Of a stretch of 64,000 nt of DNA, positions 10,444 to 19,595 are shown one piece after another (within the stretch, counting starts at the first letter, position 1; each line of letters opens with the position of its first letter). The notes under the pieces were generated by a model. That model was not told the origin of the DNA. It saw nothing but the letters and a program-made list of their open reading frames with translations, and did not search any database. The stretch is taken from the NCBI RefSeq assembly GCF_036735945.1, contig NZ_DAINNI010000020.1, positions 4,705-68,704 on the forward strand, written 5' to 3'. The translations under genes were made by a program, and so were the position numbers. Source of the DNA: Bradyrhizobium sp. Lineage in GTDB: Bacteria; Pseudomonadota; Alphaproteobacteria; Rhizobiales; Xanthobacteraceae.

Positions 10444-10474
10444 TGTTGAGCACAACAATTGTTGTCGTCAACAA
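10444..10474. promoter_or_regulatory. Tandem palindromic operator, probably bound by the adjacent MarR
   Basis: TGTTG-AGCA-CAACA (10444-10457) and TTGTTG-TCGT-CAACAA (10459-10474) in the divergent fcs/MarR intergenic region. Confidence 0.6.
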
Positions 10475-10516
10475 CAATCTTCCCCGTGGGTCGGAGAAGC
10501 GCTAGAAGGGAACATC

Positions 10517-11041
10517 ATGACGGCGAATGCACGGGCAACCGGAACGGGGAAATCGCTGACAGGCGCGAGGCCGCCGCGCGGCCGGAAACCGACGGTCACC
10601 AGCGGTGACGGCCTCGACGACGAGATCGGCCTCGACGCGCTGGCCGGCCATGCCGGCTATGCGGTACGTCGCTTCCAGATCTGGATTTTTCAGGACTTCA
10701 TCCGCACGCTCGCTGCCGTCGATATTCGCCCGACGCAGTATTCGGTGATGACCGTGATCGGCGCCAATCCGGGGCTGAGCCAGATGGCGGTCGCCAAGCG
10801 GCTCGGGATCGAGCGCGCCCGCCTGGTGCACCTCCTCGACAGCCTCGAACATCGCGACCTCGTCAGCCGGATTCCCTCCGCCACCGACCGCCGCTCCCAT
10901 GCCCTGCACCTGACGGCGCGCGGCAAGAAGGCGCTGGCGCAGTTCAAGCAGCTCGCCGCCGAACACGAGCGCCATGTGGCCGAGAAGATCGGCAAGGGGA
11001 ACCGCGAAAAGCTGCTGCGGATCCTCTCGGCTTTCACGTGA
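10517..11041 (+). CDS. MarR family regulator (CouR/FerC-like context)
   Basis: 'GYAVRRFQ...IRPTQYSV...PGLSQ...LVHLLDSLE...DRRSHALHLT'; divergent from fcs. Confidence 0.88.
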   Translation: MTANARATGTGKSLTGARPPRGRKPTVTSGDGLDDEIGLDALAGHAGYAVRRFQIWIFQDFIRTLAAVDIRPTQYSVMTVIGANPGLSQMAVAKRLGIERARLVHLLDSLEHRDLVSRIPSATDRRSHALHLTARGKKALAQFKQLAAEHERHVAEKIGKGNREKLLRILSAFT

Positions 11042-11071
11042 TTTTGGACGCCGCCTCGCTCAAGGCTTCAC

Positions 11072-11088
11072 CGCCTACTTTTTGTGCA
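11072..11088. promoter_or_regulatory. NtrC-like enhancer site upstream of the atzF sigma54 promoter
   Basis: CGCCTA-CTTTT-TGTGCA, a 17-bp site with T-rich centre about 110 bp upstream of the -24 element. Confidence 0.4.
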
Positions 11089-11181
11089 CATGCCCGGGCG
11101 CCGCAAAGCCGGTGAGCTCACGCGGCCACGCACCAAGCACCTGAAATTACGTCGCTAACATGAAGTCTTGGCGCGACCTCC

Positions 11182-11197
11182 CCATTGTACACAATGG
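11182..11197. promoter_or_regulatory. GntR/FadR-type palindromic operator
   Basis: Perfect inverted repeat CCATTGT-AC-ACAATGG overlapping the -24 element. Confidence 0.6.
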
Positions 11198-11210
11198 CAC
11201 ATCGCTTGCT
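11195..11210 (+). promoter_or_regulatory. Sigma54 (-24/-12) promoter of atzF
   Basis: TGGCAC-ATCGC-TTGCT, an exact consensus match 40 nt upstream of ATG 11250. Confidence 0.8.
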
Positions 11211-11249
11211 TCAGTCAGGCAACCTTTGCTCGCTGGAGTTTTGCCCGCC

Positions 11250-13052
11250 ATGGGGTCCGACGCGCCTGAAACCATTGCCGCCATCGTCGCTGCGCACCGC
11301 GCCGGCACGCTCACGCCGGCAGAGACCGTAGCCCGCTCCTACCGGCGCATCCGCGACCACAACGATCCCGCGATCTTCATCAGCCTGCGCGACGAGAAGG
11401 ATGCGCTCGCCGAGGCCGAGGCGCTGGCCTCGAGGGATGCGCACGCGCTGCCGCTGTTCGGCGTTCCCGTGGCGGTGAAGGACAATATCGACGCGAAGGG
11501 TACGGCGACGACGGCCGCCTGCCCGGCTTTCTCCTATTCGCCGGCGCAGGATTCGACGGCGGTCGCAAAACTGCGGGCGGCGGGGGCCATCATCATCGGC
11601 AAGACCAATCTCGACCAGTTCGCGACCGGCCTCGTCGGCGTGCGCTCGCCCTACGGCATTCCGGTCAATCCGGTCCGGGGCGATCTCGTGCCGGGCGGAT
11701 CGAGTTCGGGCTCGGCGGTCGCGGTGTCTGCCGGTCTGGTGCCGCTAGCGCTCGGCACTGATACGGCGGGCAGCGGCCGGGTGCCGGCGATGCTCAACAA
11801 CATCGTCGGGCTGAAGCCGAGCCTCGGGCTGATCTCCAGCGCCGGTCTGGTGCCGGCGTGCCGGACGCTCGACTGCATCTCCGTGTTCTCGCTCACCGTC
11901 GACGACGCCATGACCGCGCTGACGGCGATAGCGGGGCCCGACAGCGCCGATCCCTATTCTCGCGACCGCCCGCTCGGCGCGCTATCGGCGTTTCCCGAGA
12001 AGCTTCGGCTCGGCGTGCCCCGCAACGGCCAATTGATCTTCTTCGGCGATCGCGCTTCAGAAAAAGCCTATGACGAAGCGCTCAAGCGCTGGACGCAGAT
12101 CGGCGCCGCGCTGGTCGAATTCGACCTCGAACCGTTTTACGAGACGGCACGGCTGCTCTACGAGGGCCCGTGGGTCGCCGAGCGATACCTCGTGATCCGC
12201 GATCTCCTGGCATCCGCGCCTGACGCGATCCATCCGGTGACGCGCGAGATCACGGCGGGCGGCGCGCGGCTGACCGCCGCCGACACGTTTGCGTCGCTCT
12301 ATCGCCTGCAGTCGCTGCGCCGCGTCGCCGAGCGAACATTTGCAAATTTCGACGCGATGGTGCTGCCGACGGCGCCAACCGCCTATACCACCGCGCAGGT
12401 GCTCGCCAATCCGATCGAGCTCAACTCTAGGCTCGGCACCTACACCAATTTCGCTAACCTGCTCGACCTCTGCGGTCTCGCGCTGCCGGCTACGATGCGC
12501 GAAGACGGCATCCCGTTCGGCATCACGCTGCTGGCGCCCGCCGGCTGCGACGCGCGGCTCGCCAGCATGGGACGGGTGTTTCATGCCGACACCGGGTTGA
12601 AAGTGGGGGCCAGGGGCGTGACCCAGCCGCCGCTCGCATCGCTGCCGGCGGCAACTAACGGCGACGAGATCACGCTCGCCGTGGTCGGCGCGCATCTCTC
12701 GGGCATGGCGCTCAATGGCGAGTTACAGGCGCTCGGCGCCCGCCTCATCGAGGCGACCGAGACCGCGCCGGACTACAAGCTCTACGCGCTCGACACCACG
12801 CCGCCGAAACCCGGCATGCTTCGCGTCGACGCAGGCGGCGGAAGCGCGATCAAGCTGGAGCTATGGGCATTGTCGGCCGCCGCCTTCGGCAAATTCGTCG
12901 CCGCGATCCCGCCGCCGCTCGGGATCGGCACCGTGAGACTCGCGGATGGAAGAGGCGTGAAGGGGTTTGTGGTCGAGCCCGTAGCGATCCAGGGCGCGCG
13001 CGACATTTCGGCCTACGGCGGCTGGCGCGCGTTCATGGCGGAGAAGGCTTAG
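11250..13052 (+). CDS. atzF: Allophanate hydrolase
   Basis: Amidase signature (AVKDNID, GKTNLDQFATGLVG.RSPYG, GGSSSGS, GTDTAGSGRVPA) plus C-terminal domain 'VVGAHLSGM.LN...IPPPLGIG...DIS.YGGWRA'. Confidence 0.93.
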   Translation: MGSDAPETIAAIVAAHRAGTLTPAETVARSYRRIRDHNDPAIFISLRDEKDALAEAEALASRDAHALPLFGVPVAVKDNIDAKGTATTAACPAFSYSPAQDSTAVAKLRAAGAIIIGKTNLDQFATGLVGVRSPYGIPVNPVRGDLVPGGSSSGSAVAVSAGLVPLALGTDTAGSGRVPAMLNNIVGLKPSLGLISSAGLVPACRTLDCISVFSLTVDDAMTALTAIAGPDSADPYSRDRPLGALSAFPEKLRLGVPRNGQLIFFGDRASEKAYDEALKRWTQIGAALVEFDLEPFYETARLLYEGPWVAERYLVIRDLLASAPDAIHPVTREITAGGARLTAADTFASLYRLQSLRRVAERTFANFDAMVLPTAPTAYTTAQVLANPIELNSRLGTYTNFANLLDLCGLALPATMREDGIPFGITLLAPAGCDARLASMGRVFHADTGLKVGARGVTQPPLASLPAATNGDEITLAVVGAHLSGMALNGELQALGARLIEATETAPDYKLYALDTTPPKPGMLRVDAGGGSAIKLELWALSAAAFGKFVAAIPPPLGIGTVRLADGRGVKGFVVEPVAIQGARDISAYGGWRAFMAEKA

Positions 13053-13053
13053 G

Positions 13054-13123
13054 GGCGAGTAGGGAGTGGCGAATAGAAAAGACCTCATCCCACTATTCGC
13101 CACTCCCTGCTCGCCATTCGCCC
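13054..13123. repeat. GCGAATAG-type palindromic element or bidirectional terminator between convergent atzF and gntR
   Basis: GGCGAGTAGGGAGTGGCGAATAG ... CTATTCGCCACTCCCTGCTCGCC, a long imperfect inverted repeat built from ~7-nt units. Confidence 0.7.
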
Positions 13124-13124
13124 C

Positions 13125-13850
13125 TCACACCGACACCGCGTAAATCTCGTACTCCCCGCGCACCAGTTCGATATGGGCGCGCATCGCCGCCGCCGCGCCG
13201 GCCTTGTCGCCGCGCATGATGGCGACGACGACGCGGTCGTGCTCGGCGTGCGACTTGGCGAGACGGCCGAGATTGCGGAACTGGGCGCGGCGGAACGGCT
13301 GCACGCGCACCCGCGTCGCCAGCGTCATCTCGGCGATGTAGCCGTTCTGCGAGCCGGCATAGATCGCGTTGTGGAAGCGTTCGTTGACGGCGTGAAAGCG
13401 CTCGGGATTGCCGGCATGGCTCAGCACGCGCAGCTCGTCATGGATCGCCTCGAGCTTCTGGCGTTCCGCCGGCGGCATCCGCTCGGCGGCAAGCCCGGCG
13501 CACAGGGCTTCGAGCTCGGCCATTGCTTCGAACATCTCCGTCAAACGATCCAGCGAGGGCTGCGCCACCACGGCGCCGCGATGGGCGCGGGCCTCGACCA
13601 GTCCGCTCGCCACCAACTGGCGCAGCGCCTCGCGCACCGGCGTGCGCGAGACCGAAAAGCGCCGCGCGATGTCGGTCTCGTCGAGCGGCGATCCCGGCGG
13701 CAGCACGCCGCGCACGATCTCGTCGGCAAGCTGCAGCCGCAATTCCTCCGCGCGCGTGACCTTTTCGCGCAACGGCGAGGACCGATCGACACGCCGAACC
13801 GCGGCCTCCGCGCCGGGCGGCGTTCGAGCGCGATGGTCGTCAAGGCTCAT
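13125..13850 (-). CDS. GntR family (FadR/FCD) transcriptional regulator
   Basis: HTH '[21 protein letters not shown]', FCD domain 'NERFH...EHDRVV..I..GD...A...M.AH'. Confidence 0.92.
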   Translation of the reverse strand: MSLDDHRARTPPGAEAAVRRVDRSSPLREKVTRAEELRLQLADEIVRGVLPPGSPLDETDIARRFSVSRTPVREALRQLVASGLVEARAHRGAVVAQPSLDRLTEMFEAMAELEALCAGLAAERMPPAERQKLEAIHDELRVLSHAGNPERFHAVNERFHNAIYAGSQNGYIAEMTLATRVRVQPFRRAQFRNLGRLAKSHAEHDRVVVAIMRGDKAGAAAAMRAHIELVRGEYEIYAVSV

Positions 13851-14251
13851 GACGCTGGACCCTGCGGCTCATTGATGATGCTGACATGCGCGGCAACGAT
13901 CTTCCATCCTTCGGGAAACCGTATCCAGGTCTGCATCTGGCGCCCGACCTTGCCGGGCAGCGTGTCGCGATAGAACAGCGTCGAAGCGACCGCGGTATCG
14001 TGGCCATAGGTCGTGATCACGGTCTTATCGGTTTTGCGCATCAATCCGACCGGCGAGCGCGCGGCGCGGAATGCCATGATGGCGTCGTAGCCATAGAGAT
14101 TTTCACCGATGCCATAGCGCAGCGTGCGGGGATCGTTGCGGAACAGCTCGTCGAGCACCGCGACGTCGTTCGACACCAATGCCGTTTCATAGCGCGCGAA
14201 CTGCGCCGTCACTTCGGCGAGCACGTCGGGAAGATCGATTTCCATCGTCAT
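13847..14251 (-). CDS. atzH: AtzH/HpxZ-like protein (DUF3225, NTF2-like)
   Basis: 'F.RYE.AL..NDV..LD.LF...RYG.GENLYG...I..FR', 'GRQMQTW', 'IVAAHVS'. Alternative start at 14245. Confidence 0.85.
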   Translation of the reverse strand: MTMEIDLPDVLAEVTAQFARYETALVSNDVAVLDELFRNDPRTLRYGIGENLYGYDAIMAFRAARSPVGLMRKTDKTVITTYGHDTAVASTLFYRDTLPGKVGRQMQTWIRFPEGWKIVAAHVSIINEPQGPAS

Positions 14252-15645
14252 ATTCCTCTCGGCGCGGGCGCTGCCGCGACGCCGATCTGTTCCAGCGCAT
14301 GGGCGACCCGCAGCGCGATATCTTCCCGCCAGGGTGCCGCGATGATCTGCACGCCGATCGGCATCGGCTCCAGCGGCACCGGCACGGCCACGACCGGCAG
14401 GCCGATGAACGAGATCGGCTGGGTGTGGATGCCGATATTGGCGCGCACCGGCAGCTCGACGCCGTCGAGCACGAAATTGACCTGGCCCAGTTTGGGCGCG
14501 ATGCAGGGCGTGGCCGGCGCGATGATGACATCGACCGTCTTGAACAGCTCCAATACCTTTTCGCGGTACCAGCGGCGGAATTTCTGCGCGCGATCGACCA
14601 GCGGCGCCGGCACCATCGCGCCGGCGATCAGGCGGTCGCGCACCGCCGGATCGAAATCGTTCGGGCGCTTGCGCAGGCGGTCGAGATGCAGCGATGCGCC
14701 TTCGGTGGTCGTGATCACGTAGGCCGCGGCGCGGGCGCGCGCGGCTTCGGGAAGTTCGACGGTTGCCGTGGCATGAAGCGCTTTCGCGACGCGCGATACC
14801 GCTTCGACCGCCTCGGGAAAGACGTTCTGCTGGAAATAGCCGCCGGCCACCGCCACCCGCAGGCCGTCGATGCCTTTCGACAGCAGCGACGCGACCGGTT
14901 CGGCCGGCCGCGTCGAGCAGGCCCTGTCGTCGGCATCCGGCCCCTGCATGGCGTCATAGGCCAGCGCGAGATCGCCGACGCTGCGCGCGAGCGGGCCGAG
15001 ATGATCGAGGCTCGCAACGAACGGGAACGAACGCGCCCGCGACAGCCGGCCATAGGTCGGCTTCAGGCCGAAGGTGCCGCAGAACGACGACGGCACCCGG
15101 ATCGACCCGTTGGTGTCGGACCCCAGCGCGATCGGAACCAGCGCGCCGCCGACCGCGCTGCCCGAGCCGCCGGAGGAGCCGCCGGTCATCCGCGTCGGAT
15201 CGTGCGGATTGCGCGACGGGCCGTCATGCACGTTCTCGCCGGTGAAATCATAGGCGTACTCGCCCATGTTGAGCGCGCCGACCAGCACGGCGCCGGCCGC
15301 CTCCATCCGCTCGATCAGCGCGGCGTCGCGCGAAGCCGGAGCCAGGTCGCGGTTGATCTTCGATCCGGCGCGGGTGGCGAGACCTTTCACGTCGAACAGG
15401 TTCTTCACCGCAAAGGGCACGCCGGCGAGCGGGCCGACCCTCTCGCCGGCCGCGATCTTCGCGTCGATCGTCCTGGCGGCGGCGCGGGCGCGATCCGTGG
15501 TGACGTCGGTGAAGGAATTCAGCACGGAATCATGTTTGGCGATCCGCGCCAGCGCCGCCTCCGTCGCGTCGAGCGCGGAGAGCTTGCGGTCGGTTACCGC
15601 TTGCGCGATCTGTCGGGCCGACAGTCCGTCTGATTTTACGGTCAT
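14248..15645 (-). CDS. atzE: AtzE-family amidase (1-carboxybiuret hydrolase/HpxY-like)
   Basis: AVKNLFDV, '[14 protein letters not shown]', [18 protein letters not shown]; flanked by atzG- and atzH-like genes. Confidence 0.85.
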   Translation of the reverse strand: MTVKSDGLSARQIAQAVTDRKLSALDATEAALARIAKHDSVLNSFTDVTTDRARAAARTIDAKIAAGERVGPLAGVPFAVKNLFDVKGLATRAGSKINRDLAPASRDAALIERMEAAGAVLVGALNMGEYAYDFTGENVHDGPSRNPHDPTRMTGGSSGGSGSAVGGALVPIALGSDTNGSIRVPSSFCGTFGLKPTYGRLSRARSFPFVASLDHLGPLARSVGDLALAYDAMQGPDADDRACSTRPAEPVASLLSKGIDGLRVAVAGGYFQQNVFPEAVEAVSRVAKALHATATVELPEAARARAAAYVITTTEGASLHLDRLRKRPNDFDPAVRDRLIAGAMVPAPLVDRAQKFRRWYREKVLELFKTVDVIIAPATPCIAPKLGQVNFVLDGVELPVRANIGIHTQPISFIGLPVVAVPVPLEPMPIGVQIIAAPWREDIALRVAHALEQIGVAAAPAPRGI

Positions 15646-15650
15646 GGCTA

Positions 15651-15833
15651 TCAAGCGGTGTAGATGCTGGCCGGCTCGGTCTCGTCCGGCAGCGGGAATT
15701 CATCGACCAGCCGCGCCAGCCTCAGGGACACCTCGAGGTTCGCACGCACGACGGGACGCCAGGCTTCCTCGACCGGCAGCGCCAGCGCCTGCGCGACGGC
15801 ATCGATGTAACCATCCAGATGATCGGCGGCCAT
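15651..15833 (-). CDS. atzG: AtzG-like small subunit (DUF4089/HpxX)
   Basis: 60 aa MAADHLDGYIDAVAQALALPVEEAWRPVVRANL...FPLPDETEPASIYTA immediately upstream of atzE. Confidence 0.8.
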   Translation of the reverse strand: MAADHLDGYIDAVAQALALPVEEAWRPVVRANLEVSLRLARLVDEFPLPDETEPASIYTA

Positions 15834-15850
15834 TTCGCTCCCACTCTCTC

Positions 15851-17566
15851 CTAGTGAACCGGCAACGGCGGATGCGGGATCGCCGTCAGCAATTCCTTTG
15901 TGTAGGCGTCCTGCGGATCGCCGAGCACGCTTTCCGCCGAGCCTTGCTCGACGATTCGTCCCGCCCGCATCACGATGACACGATCGCACAACAAACGCAC
16001 CACGTTCAAATCGTGCGACACGAACAAATAGCTCATGCCCATCGACGCCTTGAGGTCCTGCAGCAGATTGAGCACGACCGCCTGCACGGAGACGTCGAGC
16101 GCCGCGGTCGGCTCGTCCAGGATCACGAGCTTTGGATGCAGCGCCATCGCGCGCGCGATGCCGACGCGGGCCTTCTGGCCGCCGGAGAGCTGATGCGGGA
16201 AGCGATCGAGCAGATTGACAGGCAGGCCAACCAGCCCGGCAAGTTCCTCGCAGCGGGCGCGCAGCGCGTCGCGCCCCCTGATGTCGCCGAGTTGCAGAAT
16301 TGGATCGGCTATGGCGCGCGCGGCGGTGAAGCGCGGGTTGAGGCTGTCGGTCGGGTCCTGGAACACCATCTGGATGCTCTTGCGCTGCGGCAGCCGCGCA
16401 AAGGCCTGCGGCATGATGGCACCGATCTCCTCGCCGTCGAACGCGATGCGGCCGGAGGTCTGGTCGAGCAGCCGCATCACCATCATCGACGTCGTCGACT
16501 TGCCGCAGCCGGACTCGCCGACGAGGCCGACGCTCTCGCCATGGCCGACCGTGAAGCTGATGCCGTCGACGGCGCGGAACATTTCGGCTTCCACCGGCGG
16601 CCTGCGCGAGAACAGCTTTGTCAGCACCGCACTCGCGCCCTGGCGCGGATATTCCTTGACGAGCTTTTCGACGGTGAGAAGGGGTTTTGCGAGATCGTCA
16701 CCCCCGGGCTTGACGGCTGACGGACGGGCCGAAGCTAAAACGTCCTCCTCCGGCAGGAGATCCCGCAGCGACACGCCGATCCGCGGCGTCGCACGCATCA
16801 GCTTTCGCGTGTAGGGGTGCTCGGGGCTGGCGAAGATATCCGCGGACTTGGCTGTTTCAACCACCCTGCCCTTCTCCATCACCACCACGCGGTCGCAATA
16901 GGCGGCGGCGAGGCCGAGGTCGTGCGTGATCAGGATGGTCGACATATGCCGGCGCCTGGTCAGCTCCACGATCAGGTCCATCACCGCCTTCTGGGTGGTG
17001 ACGTCGAGGCCGGTGGTCGGCTCGTCCGCGATCAGAAGCTGCGGGTTGCAGGCCAGCGCCAGCGCGATCACGACGCGCTGGCACATGCCGCCGGAGAGTT
17101 CGAACGGATAGGCGTGATAGCGCTCGCGCGGACGCGCGATCCTGACCTGCTCCAGCGCCTCGATCGCCTTCTCGCCGCGGTCGCTGGCCGCGCTCTGCAC
17201 ATGCTGGCGCAGCACGTCCTCGATCTGGTCGCCGACCTTGCGAATGGGATTCAGCGCGGCGCGCGGGTTCTGGAAGATCATCGAAATTTCGCGGCCGCGC
17301 AGGTCGCGCATCTCGTTCTCGGTCGCGGCCTTGACGTCGATGCCGGAGAACATCACCGAGCCCTCGGCGATCCGCCCCGCCCGGTCGAGGATGCGCATCA
17401 CGGCATAGGAAGTCACCGACTTGCCGGAACCGGATTCCCCGACGATGCCGAGCGTCTCGCCCTTGGCCACTGTTATGTTGACGTGCTGCACCGCCTTGAC
17501 GATGCCGCGGCGCGTGGTGAATTCGACGGTGAGGTCGTTGACGTCGAGCAGGGGCTGCGCCGTCAT
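15851..17566 (-). CDS. Peptide/nickel-type ABC transporter ATP-binding protein (two fused ABC domains)
   Basis: Two Walker A ([16 protein letters not shown]), two signature (LSGGM, LSGGQ) and Walker B (DEPT) motifs. Confidence 0.93.
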   Translation of the reverse strand: MTAQPLLDVNDLTVEFTTRRGIVKAVQHVNITVAKGETLGIVGESGSGKSVTSYAVMRILDRAGRIAEGSVMFSGIDVKAATENEMRDLRGREISMIFQNPRAALNPIRKVGDQIEDVLRQHVQSAASDRGEKAIEALEQVRIARPRERYHAYPFELSGGMCQRVVIALALACNPQLLIADEPTTGLDVTTQKAVMDLIVELTRRRHMSTILITHDLGLAAAYCDRVVVMEKGRVVETAKSADIFASPEHPYTRKLMRATPRIGVSLRDLLPEEDVLASARPSAVKPGGDDLAKPLLTVEKLVKEYPRQGASAVLTKLFSRRPPVEAEMFRAVDGISFTVGHGESVGLVGESGCGKSTTSMMVMRLLDQTSGRIAFDGEEIGAIMPQAFARLPQRKSIQMVFQDPTDSLNPRFTAARAIADPILQLGDIRGRDALRARCEELAGLVGLPVNLLDRFPHQLSGGQKARVGIARAMALHPKLVILDEPTAALDVSVQAVVLNLLQDLKASMGMSYLFVSHDLNVVRLLCDRVIVMRAGRIVEQGSAESVLGDPQDAYTKELLTAIPHPPLPVH

Positions 17567-17666
17567 GACCGTCTCCGCAAAAATCTCGAAAACAACCCCA
17601 TGCAAAGTAGAATGGTCAGCACTCCTGTCGTATTCCCTTTGCGGGGGCCGGGAGGAGCAAAGCCCA

Positions 17667-18566
17667 TCACGTCCTCCGCTGCGGATCGACGATGTCGCGC
17701 AGGCCGTCGCCGAGCAGGTTGAAGCAGAACACCGCGATCATCAGCGCCAGGCCCGGGAACAGCGCGATCCACCATTCGCCTGACACCATGAAGGTCGCGC
17801 CCTCCGCGACCATGATGCCCCATTCCGCCGTCGGCGGCCGCACGCCAAGCCCGATGAACGAAAGTCCGGCGGCATTCAGGATGGCGTAACCCATGGTCAG
17901 CGACATCTGCACGATCATGATCGGCATGATGTTGGGCAGGATGTGCACCAGCAGGATACGGAGTTCGCCATTGCCGGACAGCCGCGCCGCCTGCACGAAG
18001 CCGGCGTTGCGGCGGACATTGGCCTCGGCGCGGGCGACGCGCGCATAAAGCGGGAAGTTCACGATCGCGGTCGCGATGATGATGTTCTGCACGGTGTTGC
18101 CGAGCGCCGCCACGATGCCCATCGCCAGCACGAACAGCGGAAACGCCATGATGGTGTCGGCGATGCGGCCGACGATGCGGTCGGTCCAGCCGCCGAAATA
18201 GCCGGCGGCGATGCCCGCGAGCCCGCCCATCAGGAACACCAGCACGACGGAGGCGATGGCGATGAAGGCATCGAGGCGGGTCGCGACGACGACGCGGCTG
18301 AAGATATCGCGGCCAAGCTGGTCGGTGCCGAACCAGTGGGCGGCGGACGGCGGCTTCAGCGCCGACGCGGTATCGCTCGCAAGCGGATCGTGGGGCACGA
18401 TGTAGGGGCCGAAGATCGCGGCGAACAGGATGACGACCAGAAGGCCGAAGGCAAAGGCCGTGACGCGGTTCTCGCCGAGCACGTAACGCGTATGCTCGAA
18501 CATCGCTGAAAGTCCCGAGGTCCGCGCGGGCGCAGTGGGTTCGACGGCAGGCGCAACGCTACTCAT
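17667..18566 (-). CDS. Peptide ABC transporter permease (DppC/OppC-like)
   Basis: 'HWFGTDQLGRDIFSR', EAA-like loop, 'LSFIGLG..PP.AEWG'. Confidence 0.92.
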   Translation of the reverse strand: MSSVAPAVEPTAPARTSGLSAMFEHTRYVLGENRVTAFAFGLLVVILFAAIFGPYIVPHDPLASDTASALKPPSAAHWFGTDQLGRDIFSRVVVATRLDAFIAIASVVLVFLMGGLAGIAAGYFGGWTDRIVGRIADTIMAFPLFVLAMGIVAALGNTVQNIIIATAIVNFPLYARVARAEANVRRNAGFVQAARLSGNGELRILLVHILPNIMPIMIVQMSLTMGYAILNAAGLSFIGLGVRPPTAEWGIMVAEGATFMVSGEWWIALFPGLALMIAVFCFNLLGDGLRDIVDPQRRT

Positions 18567-18575
18567 GTTCCAACC

Positions 18576-19589
18576 TCACCCTTCCAGCCGCACGCGCGGA
18601 TCGATCACGCCGTAGAGAATGTCGATGACGAGATTGAGCAGCACGTACATGACCGCCATGGTCAGCACAAAACCCTGCACCGGCGCGAAGTCCGACGAGA
18701 TCAAGGCTTCCACCGCGTAGGAGCCGATGCCGGGCCAGGCGAACACTTTTTCGACCAGCACATTGGCGCCGAGCAGGAACGAGAACACCATGCTGAGCGT
18801 GGTGATGACCGGCAGCATCGCGTTGCGAAACGCGTAGGTGACGATCACGGTCGTGGGCGACAGTCCCGAGGCGCGCGCGGTGCGCACGAAGTCGGACGCC
18901 AGCACCGCCAGCATCGAGGCCCGCGTCATGCGCGCGATCGGTGCCAGCGAGAAGATCGCGAGCGTCGCAGCGGGCAGGATCAACTGGCTGAGCGCGGAAC
19001 GAAACGCCTCGAAGTCACGCGCGATCAGCGCGTCGATCAGGTAGAAGCCGGTGACATGGGCCGGCGCGCTGTAGAACACATCGAGCCGGCCGAGCGGCGC
19101 CGGCGACCAGCCGAGCCTGAAATAGAAGACATAGACCAGCACCAGTCCAGTGAAGAACACCGGCAGCGACACGCCGGCGGTCGTGGTGACGCGGCAGAGA
19201 TGGTCAATCCATGAGCCCGGCCGCGTCGCGGCGAGCACACCGAGCGGGATTGCGATCGCGATCGAAATGACGAGACCGAGCAGCGTCAGCTCGGCGGAGG
19301 CCGGCAGGCGGTTACGGATTTCGGTCGCGACCGGCTGGCCGGTGGTCAGCGACGTCCCGAAATCGCCGTGCGCGAGATCGTTGGTGTAGCGGAAGAACTG
19401 CTCGACCAGCGGCTTGTCGAAGCCGAGTTTCTTTCGGATCTGCTCGATGGCTTCCTTGCTTGCTGCGGGCCCGGCGAAATAGGCCGCGGGATCGCCGGGC
19501 AGCGCGCGGGTGAGGAGGAAGGTGACGATGACGACCCCGATCAGCGACGGGATCGCAAACATCAGCCGCTTGCCGATCATGGTCAGCAT
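18576..19589 (-). CDS. Peptide ABC transporter permease (DppB/OppB-like)
   Basis: 'LPGDPA', 'GDFGTS', 'DFVRTARASGL', 'VEKVFAWPGIG'. Confidence 0.92.
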   Translation of the reverse strand: MLTMIGKRLMFAIPSLIGVVIVTFLLTRALPGDPAAYFAGPAASKEAIEQIRKKLGFDKPLVEQFFRYTNDLAHGDFGTSLTTGQPVATEIRNRLPASAELTLLGLVISIAIAIPLGVLAATRPGSWIDHLCRVTTTAGVSLPVFFTGLVLVYVFYFRLGWSPAPLGRLDVFYSAPAHVTGFYLIDALIARDFEAFRSALSQLILPAATLAIFSLAPIARMTRASMLAVLASDFVRTARASGLSPTTVIVTYAFRNAMLPVITTLSMVFSFLLGANVLVEKVFAWPGIGSYAVEALISSDFAPVQGFVLTMAVMYVLLNLVIDILYGVIDPRVRLEG

Positions 19590-19595
19590 GGCGCA

